From an uncultured Eggerthellaceae bacterium (lineage in GTDB: Bacteria > Actinomycetota > Coriobacteriia > Coriobacteriales > Eggerthellaceae): 64,000 nt of DNA. Positions 28,863-38,262 of the stretch are shown one piece after another. Positions within the stretch are counted from its first letter, which is position 1. Every line of letters starts with the position of its first letter. The notes beneath the pieces are model-generated. The model saw only the letters and a list, made by a program, of their open reading frames with translations, did no database searches and was not told the DNA's origin. A program made the position numbers and the translations under genes. The DNA lies in contig CAJURX010000009.1 in assembly GCA_910589125.1 (NCBI GenBank), forward strand, positions 22,240-86,239, in the 5' to 3' direction.

Positions 28863-29908
28863 GCGACCACCAGCGAGGAGGAGAAGTACACGACGAACCC
28901 GAGCGCAGCGAGCAGGCCCGAGATGATCCAGAAGCGCACGACGACCTTCGTCTCGCTCCAGCCCTTCTTCTCGAAGTGATGATGGAGCGGCGCCATCAGG
29001 AACACGCGCTTGCCCGTCCGTTGGAAATGCGCCACCTGGATCATGACAGAGAGCGCTTCGGCGACGAAGAGGCCGCCGATGATGATCACGATGAACTCCG
29101 TCTTGGTGACCACCGCAAGGCAGCCGAGCGCTTGCCCGAGCGCCAGCGATCCCGTATCGCCCATGAAGATCTCTGCGGGGTGAGAGTTGAACCAGAGGAA
29201 GCCGACGCACGCACCCGCGATGGCCGCCGAGAAGATGGCGGGCTCCAGCAGGTTCTCGCGGAATGCGATGGCCGCCATGACGATCATGACCATCATGACC
29301 GTACCCGATGCCAGCCCATCCAGCCCGTCGGTCAGGTTGACCGCATTCGACAGCCCCATGAGCAGGATGAGGTCGAAGAGCACGTAGAGCCACGGGATGG
29401 AGAGCGTCGCGCCATCCCCCAGCGGGATGACCGTGGTGAAGATGCCCAGGTCGAGCTTGCAGATGAACGGGATGTCTATGACCGGGCTCACATTCAGGAT
29501 GTTCACAGCGCATAGGATGAACGCGAGCGATATCAGGAACTGGCAGACGAGCTTCGCTGGCGGCGTGAGCCCGAGGGAGCGCGCATGGGCGATGGAGGAG
29601 ATATCATCCACGAGCCCTACCACGCCCGTGAGCAGGACCGCGCCCAACAGGACATAGGTCTCAGGGTCGGGAACGCCAACGGCGAAGGACGCGACGGCGA
29701 CGGCGAGCAGCATGACGATGCCGCCCATCGTGGGCGTGCCACTCTTCGCCAGATGGGTCTGCGGACCATCATCGCGTATCTGCTGGCCCAGATGCTCTGC
29801 CCGGAGTATCCGGATGAGCACCGGCGTCAGCAGGATGGTCACGACGACGCCGATGAGCACCGCCATGAAGACGAGGAACGTGGGATAGTGTTCGAAGTAG
29901 GAGAACAT
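28859..29908 (-). CDS. mraY: phospho-N-acetylmuramoyl-pentapeptide transferase MraY
   Basis: QQIRDDGPQTHLAKSGTPTMGG, NAVNLTDGLDGLA and the MraY TM pattern are present. The start overlaps the murF stop (TGATG). Confidence 0.95.
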   Translation of the reverse strand: MFSYFEHYPTFLVFMAVLIGVVVTILLTPVLIRILRAEHLGQQIRDDGPQTHLAKSGTPTMGGIVMLLAVAVASFAVGVPDPETYVLLGAVLLTGVVGLVDDISSIAHARSLGLTPPAKLVCQFLISLAFILCAVNILNVSPVIDIPFICKLDLGIFTTVIPLGDGATLSIPWLYVLFDLILLMGLSNAVNLTDGLDGLASGTVMMVMIVMAAIAFRENLLEPAIFSAAIAGACVGFLWFNSHPAEIFMGDTGSLALGQALGCLAVVTKTEFIVIIIGGLFVAEALSVMIQVAHFQRTGKRVFLMAPLHHHFEKKGWSETKVVVRFWIISGLLAALGFVVYFSSSLVVA

Positions 29909-31479
29909 CAGCTTGCGAGCCCTTCTGCCAGACGCGTGAGGCCCATGAAGTTGGATGCCTTGACGAGCACCGCATCATCGGGTGCGAGCGTGCCTTCCAA
30001 CTGCTCGAGCGCCTCACCGATCGTATCCACGCACGTGATATGGGCATCATCCATCCCCGATGCGCGCGCACCTTGGGCGATCAGCCGGCTGGACTGCCCG
30101 ATGCAGAGCAAGCGGTCGATCCCGTGCGCAGCCACCGCCTCGCCCACGCCGATGTGGCACGCATCAGAATGCTCGCCCAACTCGCCCATATCCCCGAGCA
30201 CCGCATATCTCCGGCCGCTCACGTCCATGGACGCCAGCACCGCAAGGGACGCGCGCATGGAATCGGGGCTCGCGTTGTAGGCATCGTTGATGATGAGGCA
30301 TCCATCTTGGCCGTGCAGCAGCTCTTGGCGCCCAGCCTCGGCAACGGATGCGCCAAGTGCCTCGGCGATCGCCTGCGGGCTGATGCCGAGCGCGCGACCC
30401 ACCGCCGCCGCAGCGAGCGCATTGGACACGTTGTGCACACCGCGCAGGGCGAGCTTCACGCGCACGCGCTCGATATCGGGCTCCATGTCGAAGAGCGTCG
30501 GAGATGCGTCCGCATCGTCGCGGAACCCGCGGAAGCAGATGTCGAACTCAGGGCAGCCCTGCGCATCCACCGAGACATGCTCTGCCCACGTGGATGTGGC
30601 TGCGTCGGGCATGGCGGGGACGCTCTTGGCGGCAGCGATCGCACTGCTTCCCGCCTCGGTCGCATCTGCCTCAGCCGCATCCATGTCCGCAGCGCCTTCG
30701 GCGGACGCATCATACAGGCCGAGCGCGACATTGCGCGCGCCCAAGCGGGACACCTCGGCCAGGAACGACGTGAAGGCATCCCCTCCGTTCAGGAACGCCT
30801 TGCCCGTGCCGTCAGGCAGCTCTTCCAGCAGCTCCGCCTTCGCACGCGCGATGTTCTCCTGGCTGCCGAGCATCTCCATGTGGGATTCGCCCACGTTCGT
30901 GACCACGCCCCAATCAGGACGCGCCATGCGGCAGAGGAACCGTATCTGACCGGAGCCGTCCATGCCCATCTCCATGACCACCACCTCGTCGGTGGGGTCG
31001 GCGGAGAGCAGCGTGAGCGGACCGCCCAGCTCATTGTTCTGGTTGCCGCGCGTAGCGCACGCCTTGAACGTGGATGACACGACATCGCGGATGAGGTTCT
31101 TGGTGGTGGTCTTGCCAACGGAGCCCGTGACCGCGATCACCTTAGCGCTCAGGTGCCCGCGCCATTCCCGTGCTATGTCCGCCACCGCATGCTCTGTGTT
31201 CGGGACCTGGATGATGGCAGCCCCCAGCTCGCGCGCTAGCAGCTTGCACTTGTCATCAACGGGCTCGCTCACCAGAGCGCCGCGCGCACCTTGGGTGATG
31301 GCCGCCTCCACATACGCATGCCCATCCGTGCGCTCGCCCTGGATAGCCACGTACAGATCGCCCGGAGCCACCTCGCGCGAATCGAGCGTGATGCCCGTGA
31401 GCACCTCAGCGGCATCGATCGGCTCGACGAGGAGCTGACCGCCCGTCGCATGCAGCACCTGCTTGGCATTGAGTCTCAT
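29908..31479 (-). CDS. murF: UDP-N-acetylmuramoyl-tripeptide--D-alanyl-D-alanine ligase MurF
   Basis: VIAVTGSVGKTTTKN, HNVSNALAAAAVG and DAYNASPDSM are present. An Ala/Asp-rich low-complexity insert sits in the central region. The start overlaps the murE stop (ATGA). Confidence 0.9.
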   Translation of the reverse strand: MRLNAKQVLHATGGQLLVEPIDAAEVLTGITLDSREVAPGDLYVAIQGERTDGHAYVEAAITQGARGALVSEPVDDKCKLLARELGAAIIQVPNTEHAVADIAREWRGHLSAKVIAVTGSVGKTTTKNLIRDVVSSTFKACATRGNQNNELGGPLTLLSADPTDEVVVMEMGMDGSGQIRFLCRMARPDWGVVTNVGESHMEMLGSQENIARAKAELLEELPDGTGKAFLNGGDAFTSFLAEVSRLGARNVALGLYDASAEGAADMDAAEADATEAGSSAIAAAKSVPAMPDAATSTWAEHVSVDAQGCPEFDICFRGFRDDADASPTLFDMEPDIERVRVKLALRGVHNVSNALAAAAVGRALGISPQAIAEALGASVAEAGRQELLHGQDGCLIINDAYNASPDSMRASLAVLASMDVSGRRYAVLGDMGELGEHSDACHIGVGEAVAAHGIDRLLCIGQSSRLIAQGARASGMDDAHITCVDTIGEALEQLEGTLAPDDAVLVKASNFMGLTRLAEGLAS

Positions 31480-33041
31480 CGCACTTCGCTCCGCTCCTCG
31501 GCCGCCCGCATCAGCAGCGCATAGCGGGCCTCTTCGACATCATCGAACACGACGGTATCCCCGCCGAACATCATCTTATCCTCATGCCCTCGACCACAGA
31601 TGAGCACGATGTCCCCCTCGCGCGCCTCGTCGACCGCGCCTCTGATGGCTTGCTTCCTATCGGGGATGAGGCGCACCTTCGAGCTTGCTCCCGCACGCAT
31701 ATCCTCGGGGAAGGCCGCCACGACCTCGTCCAAGACATCCATCACGCGCTCGCCATGAGCGTTGTCGTTCGTGAGGAACACGAGGTCGGACTCGAGCGAC
31801 GCCGCCGCCATCTCAGGCCGCTTCATGCGGTCGCGATCCCCTTCGCAGCCGAACACCAAGAGCAGACGCCCATCGGTGGCCTTGCGCGCTGACGAGATGA
31901 CCTTCTCGAGGGCGTCGGGGGTGTGCGCGTAGTCGACGAACGTCATGAAGCCCATCTTGGATGCGACCTCCACGCGCTGCATGCGCCCGGGAGGCGGAGC
32001 CGCCGTTGCGAAAGAAGCTGCCACGCGCTCAGGAGGCGCGCCCACCGCGCACGCGCAGCCCAGCGCTACGAGCACGTTCTCCGTATTGAAGTCCCCCAGG
32101 AGCCCATGGGTGAGCGTGACCTCATCCGGCACGTCTGCGCACCCCGGCACATCCAAGGCGCGAAGCCGCTCGAGCGACACCGTCATGGTGGTCTGCGCAC
32201 CTGCGCGCCGCACATCCACGAGGCGGATGGCATCAGCCTCGTCCTGCCCCACGGTGATGACCGCATCCCCCGCCTTGCGACAGAGCGCCGCGAGCTCCTG
32301 CCCGGCGCGCCCGAACGTGGATATCACGCGTACGGCAGGGTAGCCATCTGAGAACAGCAGCTTCTTGGCAGCGAAGTACTCGTCGAAGGTCTTGTGGTAA
32401 TCCAGATGGTCATGGGTGATGTTCGTGAACGCCGTGACCGCGAAGCGCGTGGCCCAAGCGCGTCCCAAGGCCAGCGCATGGGATGACACCTCCATGGCAA
32501 CGGCCTGGCAGCGCTCGTCGCGCATGATGCCCAAGATGCGCTGCAGGTCGGCCGATTCAGGCGTGGTATGCAGGCTCTGCACGGGACGACCCGCCGCGCG
32601 CGACCCGCACGTGCCGATCACGCCGCACGGATGGCCGCATGCGGTGAGCGCATGCTCCACCAGGTACGTGACCGTGGTCTTGCCGTTGGTGCCCGTCACC
32701 CCGATCACGTCCATATCAGCAGAAGGCTGACCGTAGAACAGGGCAGCAGCCTCAGCCAAGGCGCGCCGCGCATCGGATACGATGACCTCCGTCGCACCCT
32801 TGAGGTCGACAGAGAACAGCTGCCGCTCGCAGACGATGGCCGCAGCCCCCGCATCGATGGCATCCTGGGCGAAATCGTGCCCGTCCACCACGTTGCCGAC
32901 GATGCAGAAGAAGGCATCGCCCGGCCGCACGTCGCGGCTGCTATAGGCGATGCCCGATACCTCTGAGGCGGCATCCCCGATGAATGCGTGTGGGATATCA
33001 GCGAATATCTCGGCGCAGGTCCTGGGCATCAGATCGATCAC
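31476..33041 (-). CDS. murE: UDP-N-acetylmuramoyl-L-alanyl-D-glutamate--diamino-acid ligase MurE (non-DNPR variant)
   Basis: VIGVTGTNGKTTVTYL and GCEGDRDRMKRP are present. The position of the DAP-selective DNPR motif reads DNAH (31755-31766). Confidence 0.9.
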   Translation of the reverse strand: MIDLMPRTCAEIFADIPHAFIGDAASEVSGIAYSSRDVRPGDAFFCIVGNVVDGHDFAQDAIDAGAAAIVCERQLFSVDLKGATEVIVSDARRALAEAAALFYGQPSADMDVIGVTGTNGKTTVTYLVEHALTACGHPCGVIGTCGSRAAGRPVQSLHTTPESADLQRILGIMRDERCQAVAMEVSSHALALGRAWATRFAVTAFTNITHDHLDYHKTFDEYFAAKKLLFSDGYPAVRVISTFGRAGQELAALCRKAGDAVITVGQDEADAIRLVDVRRAGAQTTMTVSLERLRALDVPGCADVPDEVTLTHGLLGDFNTENVLVALGCACAVGAPPERVAASFATAAPPPGRMQRVEVASKMGFMTFVDYAHTPDALEKVISSARKATDGRLLLVFGCEGDRDRMKRPEMAAASLESDLVFLTNDNAHGERVMDVLDEVVAAFPEDMRAGASSKVRLIPDRKQAIRGAVDEAREGDIVLICGRGHEDKMMFGGDTVVFDDVEEARYALLMRAAEERSEVR

Positions 33042-33043
33042 CC

Positions 33044-34804
33044 CTACTTGACTGGGACGATGTTGTATAGCTCTATCGCTTCCAGCATTATATCGTGAAA
33101 GACGGAAGCCATCTTGCCCTCGTAGTTGATCTCATTCGCCGACACGAACAATGCCAGGTTGGAATTCGAGTTGTCTATGAACCCTGCGAAGCAGAGGTTG
33201 TAGCGGCTCTTCGCATACCCGCCGTCCTCGGCGATCTCAGCGGTGGAGGTCTTCCCTGCCACGTCATAGCCGGGGATCTCCGCCTCCGTGCCCGTTCCCT
33301 CCGCGACCACGCCTTGGAGCATGCCCTTCAGCTTGTCGAACGCCACGGGATCGTCGAGCACCTGCTCGCTCTCATACTCCAGCCACTCCCCGCTCTGCGG
33401 CTTCGCCATGAGGAAGTGAGGTTGGCAGAGCAGGCCATCAGCGGCCACCATGCCATAGAAGCGCGCCATGTTCAGGGGTGTCGTGGCAAGGCCCTGGCCG
33501 AACGAGATGTTGCACCCGGTGACATAGGCCCACTCGTTGAAGTCAGGCATCACGCTCTGCGCCTCGCCCGGATAGTCCACGCCGGACTTCTCCGTGATCT
33601 TGAGCCGCTTGATCATGGCGTTGAGCTTGTCGAAGCCAGCCTCTTGCGTCGCGAGCGATATCCCGACGTTGGACGATTCGTTCAGGATGGTGGCGAAGGT
33701 CATCTCCACGTCGGGGCGCTCGTGCGCGTCAGTGATCACGTACTGGTCGGCTTCCAGCTCTGATGGGCAGAAGAGGATATCCTCCGGCTCTAGCGCGCGC
33801 TCGTTGAGCACGGTGAGGGCCGAGAGGGACTTGAAGATGGATCCGGGCTCGAACGCCTGCGTGACGGCCGTGAGGTTATCAGAGCCGATCATGGAGTTCT
33901 CTCGATCGGTCGGATCGAGGTAGGGATAGGAGCAGATGGCGTAGATCTCACCGGTGTCGCCATCTATCATCGCCGATGACCCATGCTCGCCCTCATAGGA
34001 GAGGATGCCCTGCTCGAGCGCCTCTTCCATCTTGATCTGCATGCGGATGTCCAGCGATATCATGATGTCCTCGCCGTCCACCGCGGGGGTATCCTCATGC
34101 ACGCCGCCCGGGATGGGCGCGCCCTTCTCGCCGCGCTCCGCCGAGTACTTGCCCGGTGTGCCCTTCAGTATCTCGTCGTATTGCAGCTCGAGGCCGGTGA
34201 TGCCATTGCCATCCACGTCGCACACGCCGATGACCTGGCCGCCCACGCCCCCATTGGGGTACTCCCTCCGCGAATCTGCGATGAAGTACACGCCGGGGAG
34301 CTTCATCTCCTTCAAGCGCTGCGCCTTCTCCACATCCGCCTGTCGTTCGATGTAGACGAACGTGCTGGGCTCGCGCGAGAGGAGCCCTTCGTAGTATTCA
34401 GGGTCCTCCTCCAGCACCGTCGATATCATGGATGCCTCATGGCGCGCATCGGTGACCTCGGATGGATTGCAATAGATGGTGGTGCAGTCCACGCTGACGG
34501 CCAGGATCTGCCCGTTGCGGTCATAGATCGTGCCGCGCTTGGGCGTCACGGGGAAGTTGACCGTGCGGCTCTCCTCGGCCATGGCCGTGTAGGTAGGTGC
34601 CACCAGCACCTGCAGATACACGAGGCGGCACAGGAAGATGGCCGCCAGCACGAGGAACAGGATGCGCACGTACTTGTCAGGGCGGCTGACCGAGCTCGCC
34701 TTCTCGCTCGATTCGCTCGCGATCAGGTCTGAGAGCGTCGTCGCGATGCTCGACAGGGAATTCGACCGGGGTCCCTTGCCGCCTGGGCGGGGTCCTTGCG
34801 CCAC
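33044..34804 (-). CDS. ftsI: class B penicillin-binding protein (FtsI-type transpeptidase)
   Basis: N-terminal TM anchor, SxxK (GSIFK), SxN (SSN) and KTS/KTG-like (GKTSTA) motifs. Position is between ftsL and murE. Confidence 0.88.
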   Translation of the reverse strand: MAQGPRPGGKGPRSNSLSSIATTLSDLIASESSEKASSVSRPDKYVRILFLVLAAIFLCRLVYLQVLVAPTYTAMAEESRTVNFPVTPKRGTIYDRNGQILAVSVDCTTIYCNPSEVTDARHEASMISTVLEEDPEYYEGLLSREPSTFVYIERQADVEKAQRLKEMKLPGVYFIADSRREYPNGGVGGQVIGVCDVDGNGITGLELQYDEILKGTPGKYSAERGEKGAPIPGGVHEDTPAVDGEDIMISLDIRMQIKMEEALEQGILSYEGEHGSSAMIDGDTGEIYAICSYPYLDPTDRENSMIGSDNLTAVTQAFEPGSIFKSLSALTVLNERALEPEDILFCPSELEADQYVITDAHERPDVEMTFATILNESSNVGISLATQEAGFDKLNAMIKRLKITEKSGVDYPGEAQSVMPDFNEWAYVTGCNISFGQGLATTPLNMARFYGMVAADGLLCQPHFLMAKPQSGEWLEYESEQVLDDPVAFDKLKGMLQGVVAEGTGTEAEIPGYDVAGKTSTAEIAEDGGYAKSRYNLCFAGFIDNSNSNLALFVSANEINYEGKMASVFHDIMLEAIELYNIVPVK

Positions 34805-34807
34805 GGG

Positions 34808-35317
34808 CTACTCCGCCGCTTCCGCGTCGCCGTCCTGAGCCGCAGCTGCAGCTGCGGCCGCGGCCGCTGCATCCACGCTGCCCGAGAGCGACAGGCGCCC
34901 CGCATCATCCTTCACGACGATATCCCCGGAGATGTCGATGAACGAGGCCGATGCAGGGGCATGCATGCCGTTCGCTATGGCATCGCGCTTGACGCGCGTG
35001 GGATTCGCAAGGGATGACTGCGTGACCTCCAGCTGGCTGCCCGTGTCGCGAGCATCGCTGATCTGATCCTCTATCGCATTCGCCTCCATGGCAGCCGCGA
35101 CCGTGGCAGATGAGAGCGAGATGCGCACGCATCCGATCAGCGCGAATGCCACGATGAGGATGACCAGCACGCGTGCGAACAGGATGGCACCGCTCGATGC
35201 CGTGCGCTCTTCGCGCGCGCCACCTGGCACCACGTCGATGCGGTTGCTGCGTACCGGCTGCTCGCGCTCGAGCTTGCGAGCGGAGGAGCCGAAGTTGTAT
35301 GCCGCGCGATAGGCCAA
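34808..35317 (-). CDS. ftsL: FtsL-like cell division protein with poly-Ala tail
   Basis: Small bitopic protein with TM helix ILFARVLVILIVAFALIGCV followed by a coiled segment. Position is between rsmH and ftsI. TTG start with a GAGGA SD. The C-terminus has an 11-12 residue Ala run (34838-34873). Confidence 0.6.
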   Translation of the reverse strand: MAYRAAYNFGSSARKLEREQPVRSNRIDVVPGGAREERTASSGAILFARVLVILIVAFALIGCVRISLSSATVAAAMEANAIEDQISDARDTGSQLEVTQSSLANPTRVKRDAIANGMHAPASASFIDISGDIVVKDDAGRLSLSGSVDAAAAAAAAAAAQDGDAEAAE

Positions 35318-35375
35318 TGGAATCCTCAGTGGTCGTATCTAGGTTCGTGCTATCTCTTCATGTCGCACAAGGCCG

Positions 35376-36332
35376 TCACAGCCTGCAAGCGATACGCAGC
35401 TTCGCGCTGCGTGCTCGGGGATTGCGCTCCACCTCATCTGCGCTCGGCAGGATGGGCTTGCGCGTCTTCACCTTGAGCATCGGACATCTCCCGCACGCGC
35501 AGACCGGAAGGTCTGGCGGACATGTGCATCGATCCGCGAATCGCGCGAACGTCTCCTTGACGATGCGGTCCTCGATGGAGTGGTAGCTGATCGCGCAGAT
35601 GCGCCCCTCGGGCAAGAGCCAGCGAATAGCAGCATCAAGGCCGTCTCTCAGGACCTTCTGCTCTTGGTTCACCTCCATGCGCAGCGCTTGGAACGTGCGC
35701 TTGGCAGGGTGCCCTCCCGCACGCCTCGCGGAGGCCGGAATGGCCGCCTTGATGATGTCGACCAGCTGTTGGCTGGTCTCGATCGGGGCGGCCTTCCTGG
35801 CTTTCACCACGAACGAAGCTATGCGGCTCGCCCACCTCTCATCCGAGTTAGCGCGTATGATCCGAGTGAGATCTGCTTCATTGAGAGTGTTGATGATCTC
35901 TGCTGCGGTTATGGTCTGTTGGCCCGGATCCATACGCATGTCGAGGGGGGCATCCTCCTTGAAGGAGAAGCCGCGTAGGGGGTTGTCGATCTGCGGCGAC
36001 GATACTCCAAGATCGAAGAGCACCGCGTCGATGCCCGGCAGCTCAGCCTGCATGAGCAATGCATCGAACTGGCCGAAGTTGCCCTTGAGGAGGAGCGTCT
36101 CAGGACGCTTCTCCTTCGGGATGCCCTCCAAACGCGCTCTGGCGCGCTCGAGCGCCATGTCGTCCTGGTCGATCCCGATGAGCAAGCCTTCGCGCCCGAT
36201 GCGCTCAGCTGCCGCTACCGAGTGCCCCGCCAGCCCGAGCGTCGCATCCACGAACACATCCCCCGCTTTCAGGGATAGTCCGTCCATGCACTCGTCCAGC
36301 AGGACTGGGATATGCCGATATTCGCTTGTCAT
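35376..36332 (-). CDS. rsmH: 16S rRNA (cytosine1402-N4)-methyltransferase RsmH
   Basis: HIPVLLDECMDGL, DATLGLAGHS, FDLGVSSPQID and SYHSIEDRIVK are present. Confidence 0.95.
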   Translation of the reverse strand: MTSEYRHIPVLLDECMDGLSLKAGDVFVDATLGLAGHSVAAAERIGREGLLIGIDQDDMALERARARLEGIPKEKRPETLLLKGNFGQFDALLMQAELPGIDAVLFDLGVSSPQIDNPLRGFSFKEDAPLDMRMDPGQQTITAAEIINTLNEADLTRIIRANSDERWASRIASFVVKARKAAPIETSQQLVDIIKAAIPASARRAGGHPAKRTFQALRMEVNQEQKVLRDGLDAAIRWLLPEGRICAISYHSIEDRIVKETFARFADRCTCPPDLPVCACGRCPMLKVKTRKPILPSADEVERNPRARSAKLRIACRL

Positions 36333-36367
36333 TGTGCCGGGATGTGCCGTGTCCGCACTGAGGGCCG

Positions 36368-36856
36368 CTATTCGCCGGCGGGTCCGTCGTAGAAGAACCC
36401 GAGGTCGATGTCGCCGAACTCCTCGTCGAACGCATCCGCATCCCAGATCTCGAAATAGCCCGTGTTGCCCACGAGCACCACATCCTTGCTGATGCCGACG
36501 GCCTCTCTGGCCTCACGGTTCAGCATGATGCGCCCAGAGGAGTCCACCTCGGTCCCACGCGCGCGCGACTTCAGCAAGCTGCGCATGCGCACCTGGCGCC
36601 GATCGGATGACGAATACCCCCCGAATCGGTCATTGAACAGACCCTCGATCCAGTCGTTGAATGCTTCTGGCTCGAATACGTAGAGGCACTTGTCCTCGAT
36701 CTCCCTGGATACCACGAGATCCTCGGAAAGGACTTTGCGGAATTCCGCGGGGACAGCGACCCTGCCCTTGGTGTCCACCTTGAAACGGAACTCGCCATAC
36801 AGGTCCGCGCGTTGCGCGCTGTCCTGCTGCTCGACCGTTTCGATGTCCTTGGGCAC
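36368..36856 (-). CDS. mraZ: transcriptional regulator MraZ
   Basis: Two SpoVT/AbrB-like halves (FRFKVDTKGRVAVPAEFRK and EVDSSGRIMLNREAREAVGI). First gene of the dcw cluster. GTG start with a GGGGAAG SD. Confidence 0.9.
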   Translation of the reverse strand: MPKDIETVEQQDSAQRADLYGEFRFKVDTKGRVAVPAEFRKVLSEDLVVSREIEDKCLYVFEPEAFNDWIEGLFNDRFGGYSSSDRRQVRMRSLLKSRARGTEVDSSGRIMLNREAREAVGISKDVVLVGNTGYFEIWDADAFDEEFGDIDLGFFYDGPAGE

Positions 36857-36946
36857 CTGCTGCTTCCCCGATCTGCGTTATGTGGGTGTTCAAGTGCGTC
36901 TTTCGTGTTGCGTTTCAGAACCCACAAAGCTCTATCCGTGCGGTGC

Positions 36947-36952
36947 ATATTA
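36947..36952 (-). promoter_or_regulatory. candidate -10 box TAATAT of the mraZ (dcw) promoter
   Basis: The minus strand reads ggcaTAATATgcacc, immediately downstream of the three MraZ-type boxes and about 90 nt upstream of the mraZ start. Confidence 0.4.
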
Positions 36953-36954
36953 TG

Positions 36955-36981
36955 CCACTTTGACCCACTTTGCAACACTTC
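36955..36981 (-). promoter_or_regulatory. three 10-bp-phased MraZ-type direct repeats
   Basis: The minus strand reads GAAGTGT-tgc-AAAGTGG-gtc-AAAGTGG. These are 7-mers separated by 3-nt spacers and contain the GTGG core of described MraZ boxes. Confidence 0.55.
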
Positions 36982-37136
36982 GATGGTCGCACGAAACACC
37001 TTCTGACCTGGGAATAGAACGTCTGTTCCCTGGTTTTGGCGCACAAGAGACAGACAGGGAACAAGATGTTGTAGGCGTGTCAACAACAGGCACGACATCT
37101 GCCATCAAGAGAGTTTTTCAGCTTGTGCGGTGAATG

Positions 37137-37163
37137 GTGGGGCGATGTGCACAGATGCCCCAC
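37137..37163 (-). terminator. hairpin downstream of rsmA (possible terminator or structured element)
   Basis: GTGGGGC (37137-37143) pairs with GCCCCAC (37157-37163). The loop contains the palindrome TGTGCACA. No U-tract. Confidence 0.25.
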
Positions 37164-37293
37164 AAGGAAGCGGAGGATGCGAACGGAGCGGGCTCGGGCG
37201 AGCACCTCTTGCATGTCTGGTCGCCCCCCTAGGAGCGAGCGGATGCAGGCGAGCTGCGACCCTACAGCAACTACAGCCGCCCTTGATGCGCTA

Positions 37294-38193
37294 TCAGCTG
37301 CGGGCCTCTACCACGCTGAGGAAGGCCCGTCCGAGGTCCAAGTAGGTCTCCCACGGAAGGACCTCGCCGCGCACCTCTGGATCGACGCCTGCGGCTTCGC
37401 AGATGGCGGACAAGAGCGGGATGGTCTCCGCACCCGTCTTCCCACGGCTGGCGAAGTATGCCTTGCATGAGTTCAGCATCTTCTTGCGACGCGAGCAGAA
37501 CGCAGCATCGGCCATGAGGCACGCCGCTTGGATGACCGCGTCATCTGCCCAAGCAGGAAGGTCGCACCTGCGATCGAGGCGGATCACCGTGCTCTCCACA
37601 TGGGGTGGCGGCAAGAACGATCCCGGGCTCACGGAGAAGGAGCCCGAGACCTCCGCCCTGAGCGAGAGCTTCACCGTATAGGCACCGTAGTCCTTGCGGC
37701 CTGGCTTCGCGGCCATGCGCTCCGCCACCTCGCGTTGCACCATGACCGTGGCGCTCTCTAGGAAGGAGAAGCGCACGAGGTAGTCCAGCACGATGGTAGC
37801 CGCCACCGCATAGGGCAGGTTCGCCACGAGCTTATCCGGCCGCGCTCCCTTCAGATCGGCCTCCTGCAGGTCAAGCGCATCCTTGTGCACCAAGCAGAAG
37901 CGCTGCTCGAGCTCAGAGAGCGTATATCTCAGCACCTCCGTGAGGTCCGCATCGCGCTCCACCGATATGACCCGCCCAGCACGCTGGAGGAGCGCATGGG
38001 TGAGCGTGCCGATGCCCGGGCCCACTTCGAGCACCGTGTCAGAAGGCTCCACCGCCGCAAGATCGAGGATACGCCCCACCACCGCATCGTTCACGAGGAA
38101 GTTCTGCCCGAAGGCCTTCTTCGGAGCAAGGCCGAAGCGCGCGAGCACGTCGCGCGTAGCCGATGGCGTCGCCAGCGAGGAGAACCTGGTCAT
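37294..38193 (-). CDS. rsmA: 16S rRNA (adenine1518/1519-N6)-dimethyltransferase RsmA/KsgA
   Basis: FGQNFLVNDAVVGRILD, LEVGPGIGTLT and NLPYAVAATIV are present. Confidence 0.93.
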   Translation of the reverse strand: MTRFSSLATPSATRDVLARFGLAPKKAFGQNFLVNDAVVGRILDLAAVEPSDTVLEVGPGIGTLTHALLQRAGRVISVERDADLTEVLRYTLSELEQRFCLVHKDALDLQEADLKGARPDKLVANLPYAVAATIVLDYLVRFSFLESATVMVQREVAERMAAKPGRKDYGAYTVKLSLRAEVSGSFSVSPGSFLPPPHVESTVIRLDRRCDLPAWADDAVIQAACLMADAAFCSRRKKMLNSCKAYFASRGKTGAETIPLLSAICEAAGVDPEVRGEVLPWETYLDLGRAFLSVVEARS

Positions 38194-38262
38194 CGGCGCA
38201 CCCTCTTCCCGTTCGGGCGCACAGCCTCACGCTCTGCGCCATGCACGCGTCGCTCGCCCGCG

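Noticed and set aside
28863-29513. N-terminal 217 codons of the 717-aa track ORF 27360..29513
   Set aside because: This part overlaps mraY in another frame and has no MurD similarity. MurD homology begins at MMADAAL, and the ATG at 28862 overlaps the mraY stop as usual in dcw clusters.
34838-34873. GC-rich GCN repeat tract (contains GCGGCCGC palindromes)
   Set aside because: It is in frame within the FtsL-like gene and encodes a poly-Ala run using mixed codons. This is a coding low-complexity tract, not a repeat element or CRISPR-like structure.
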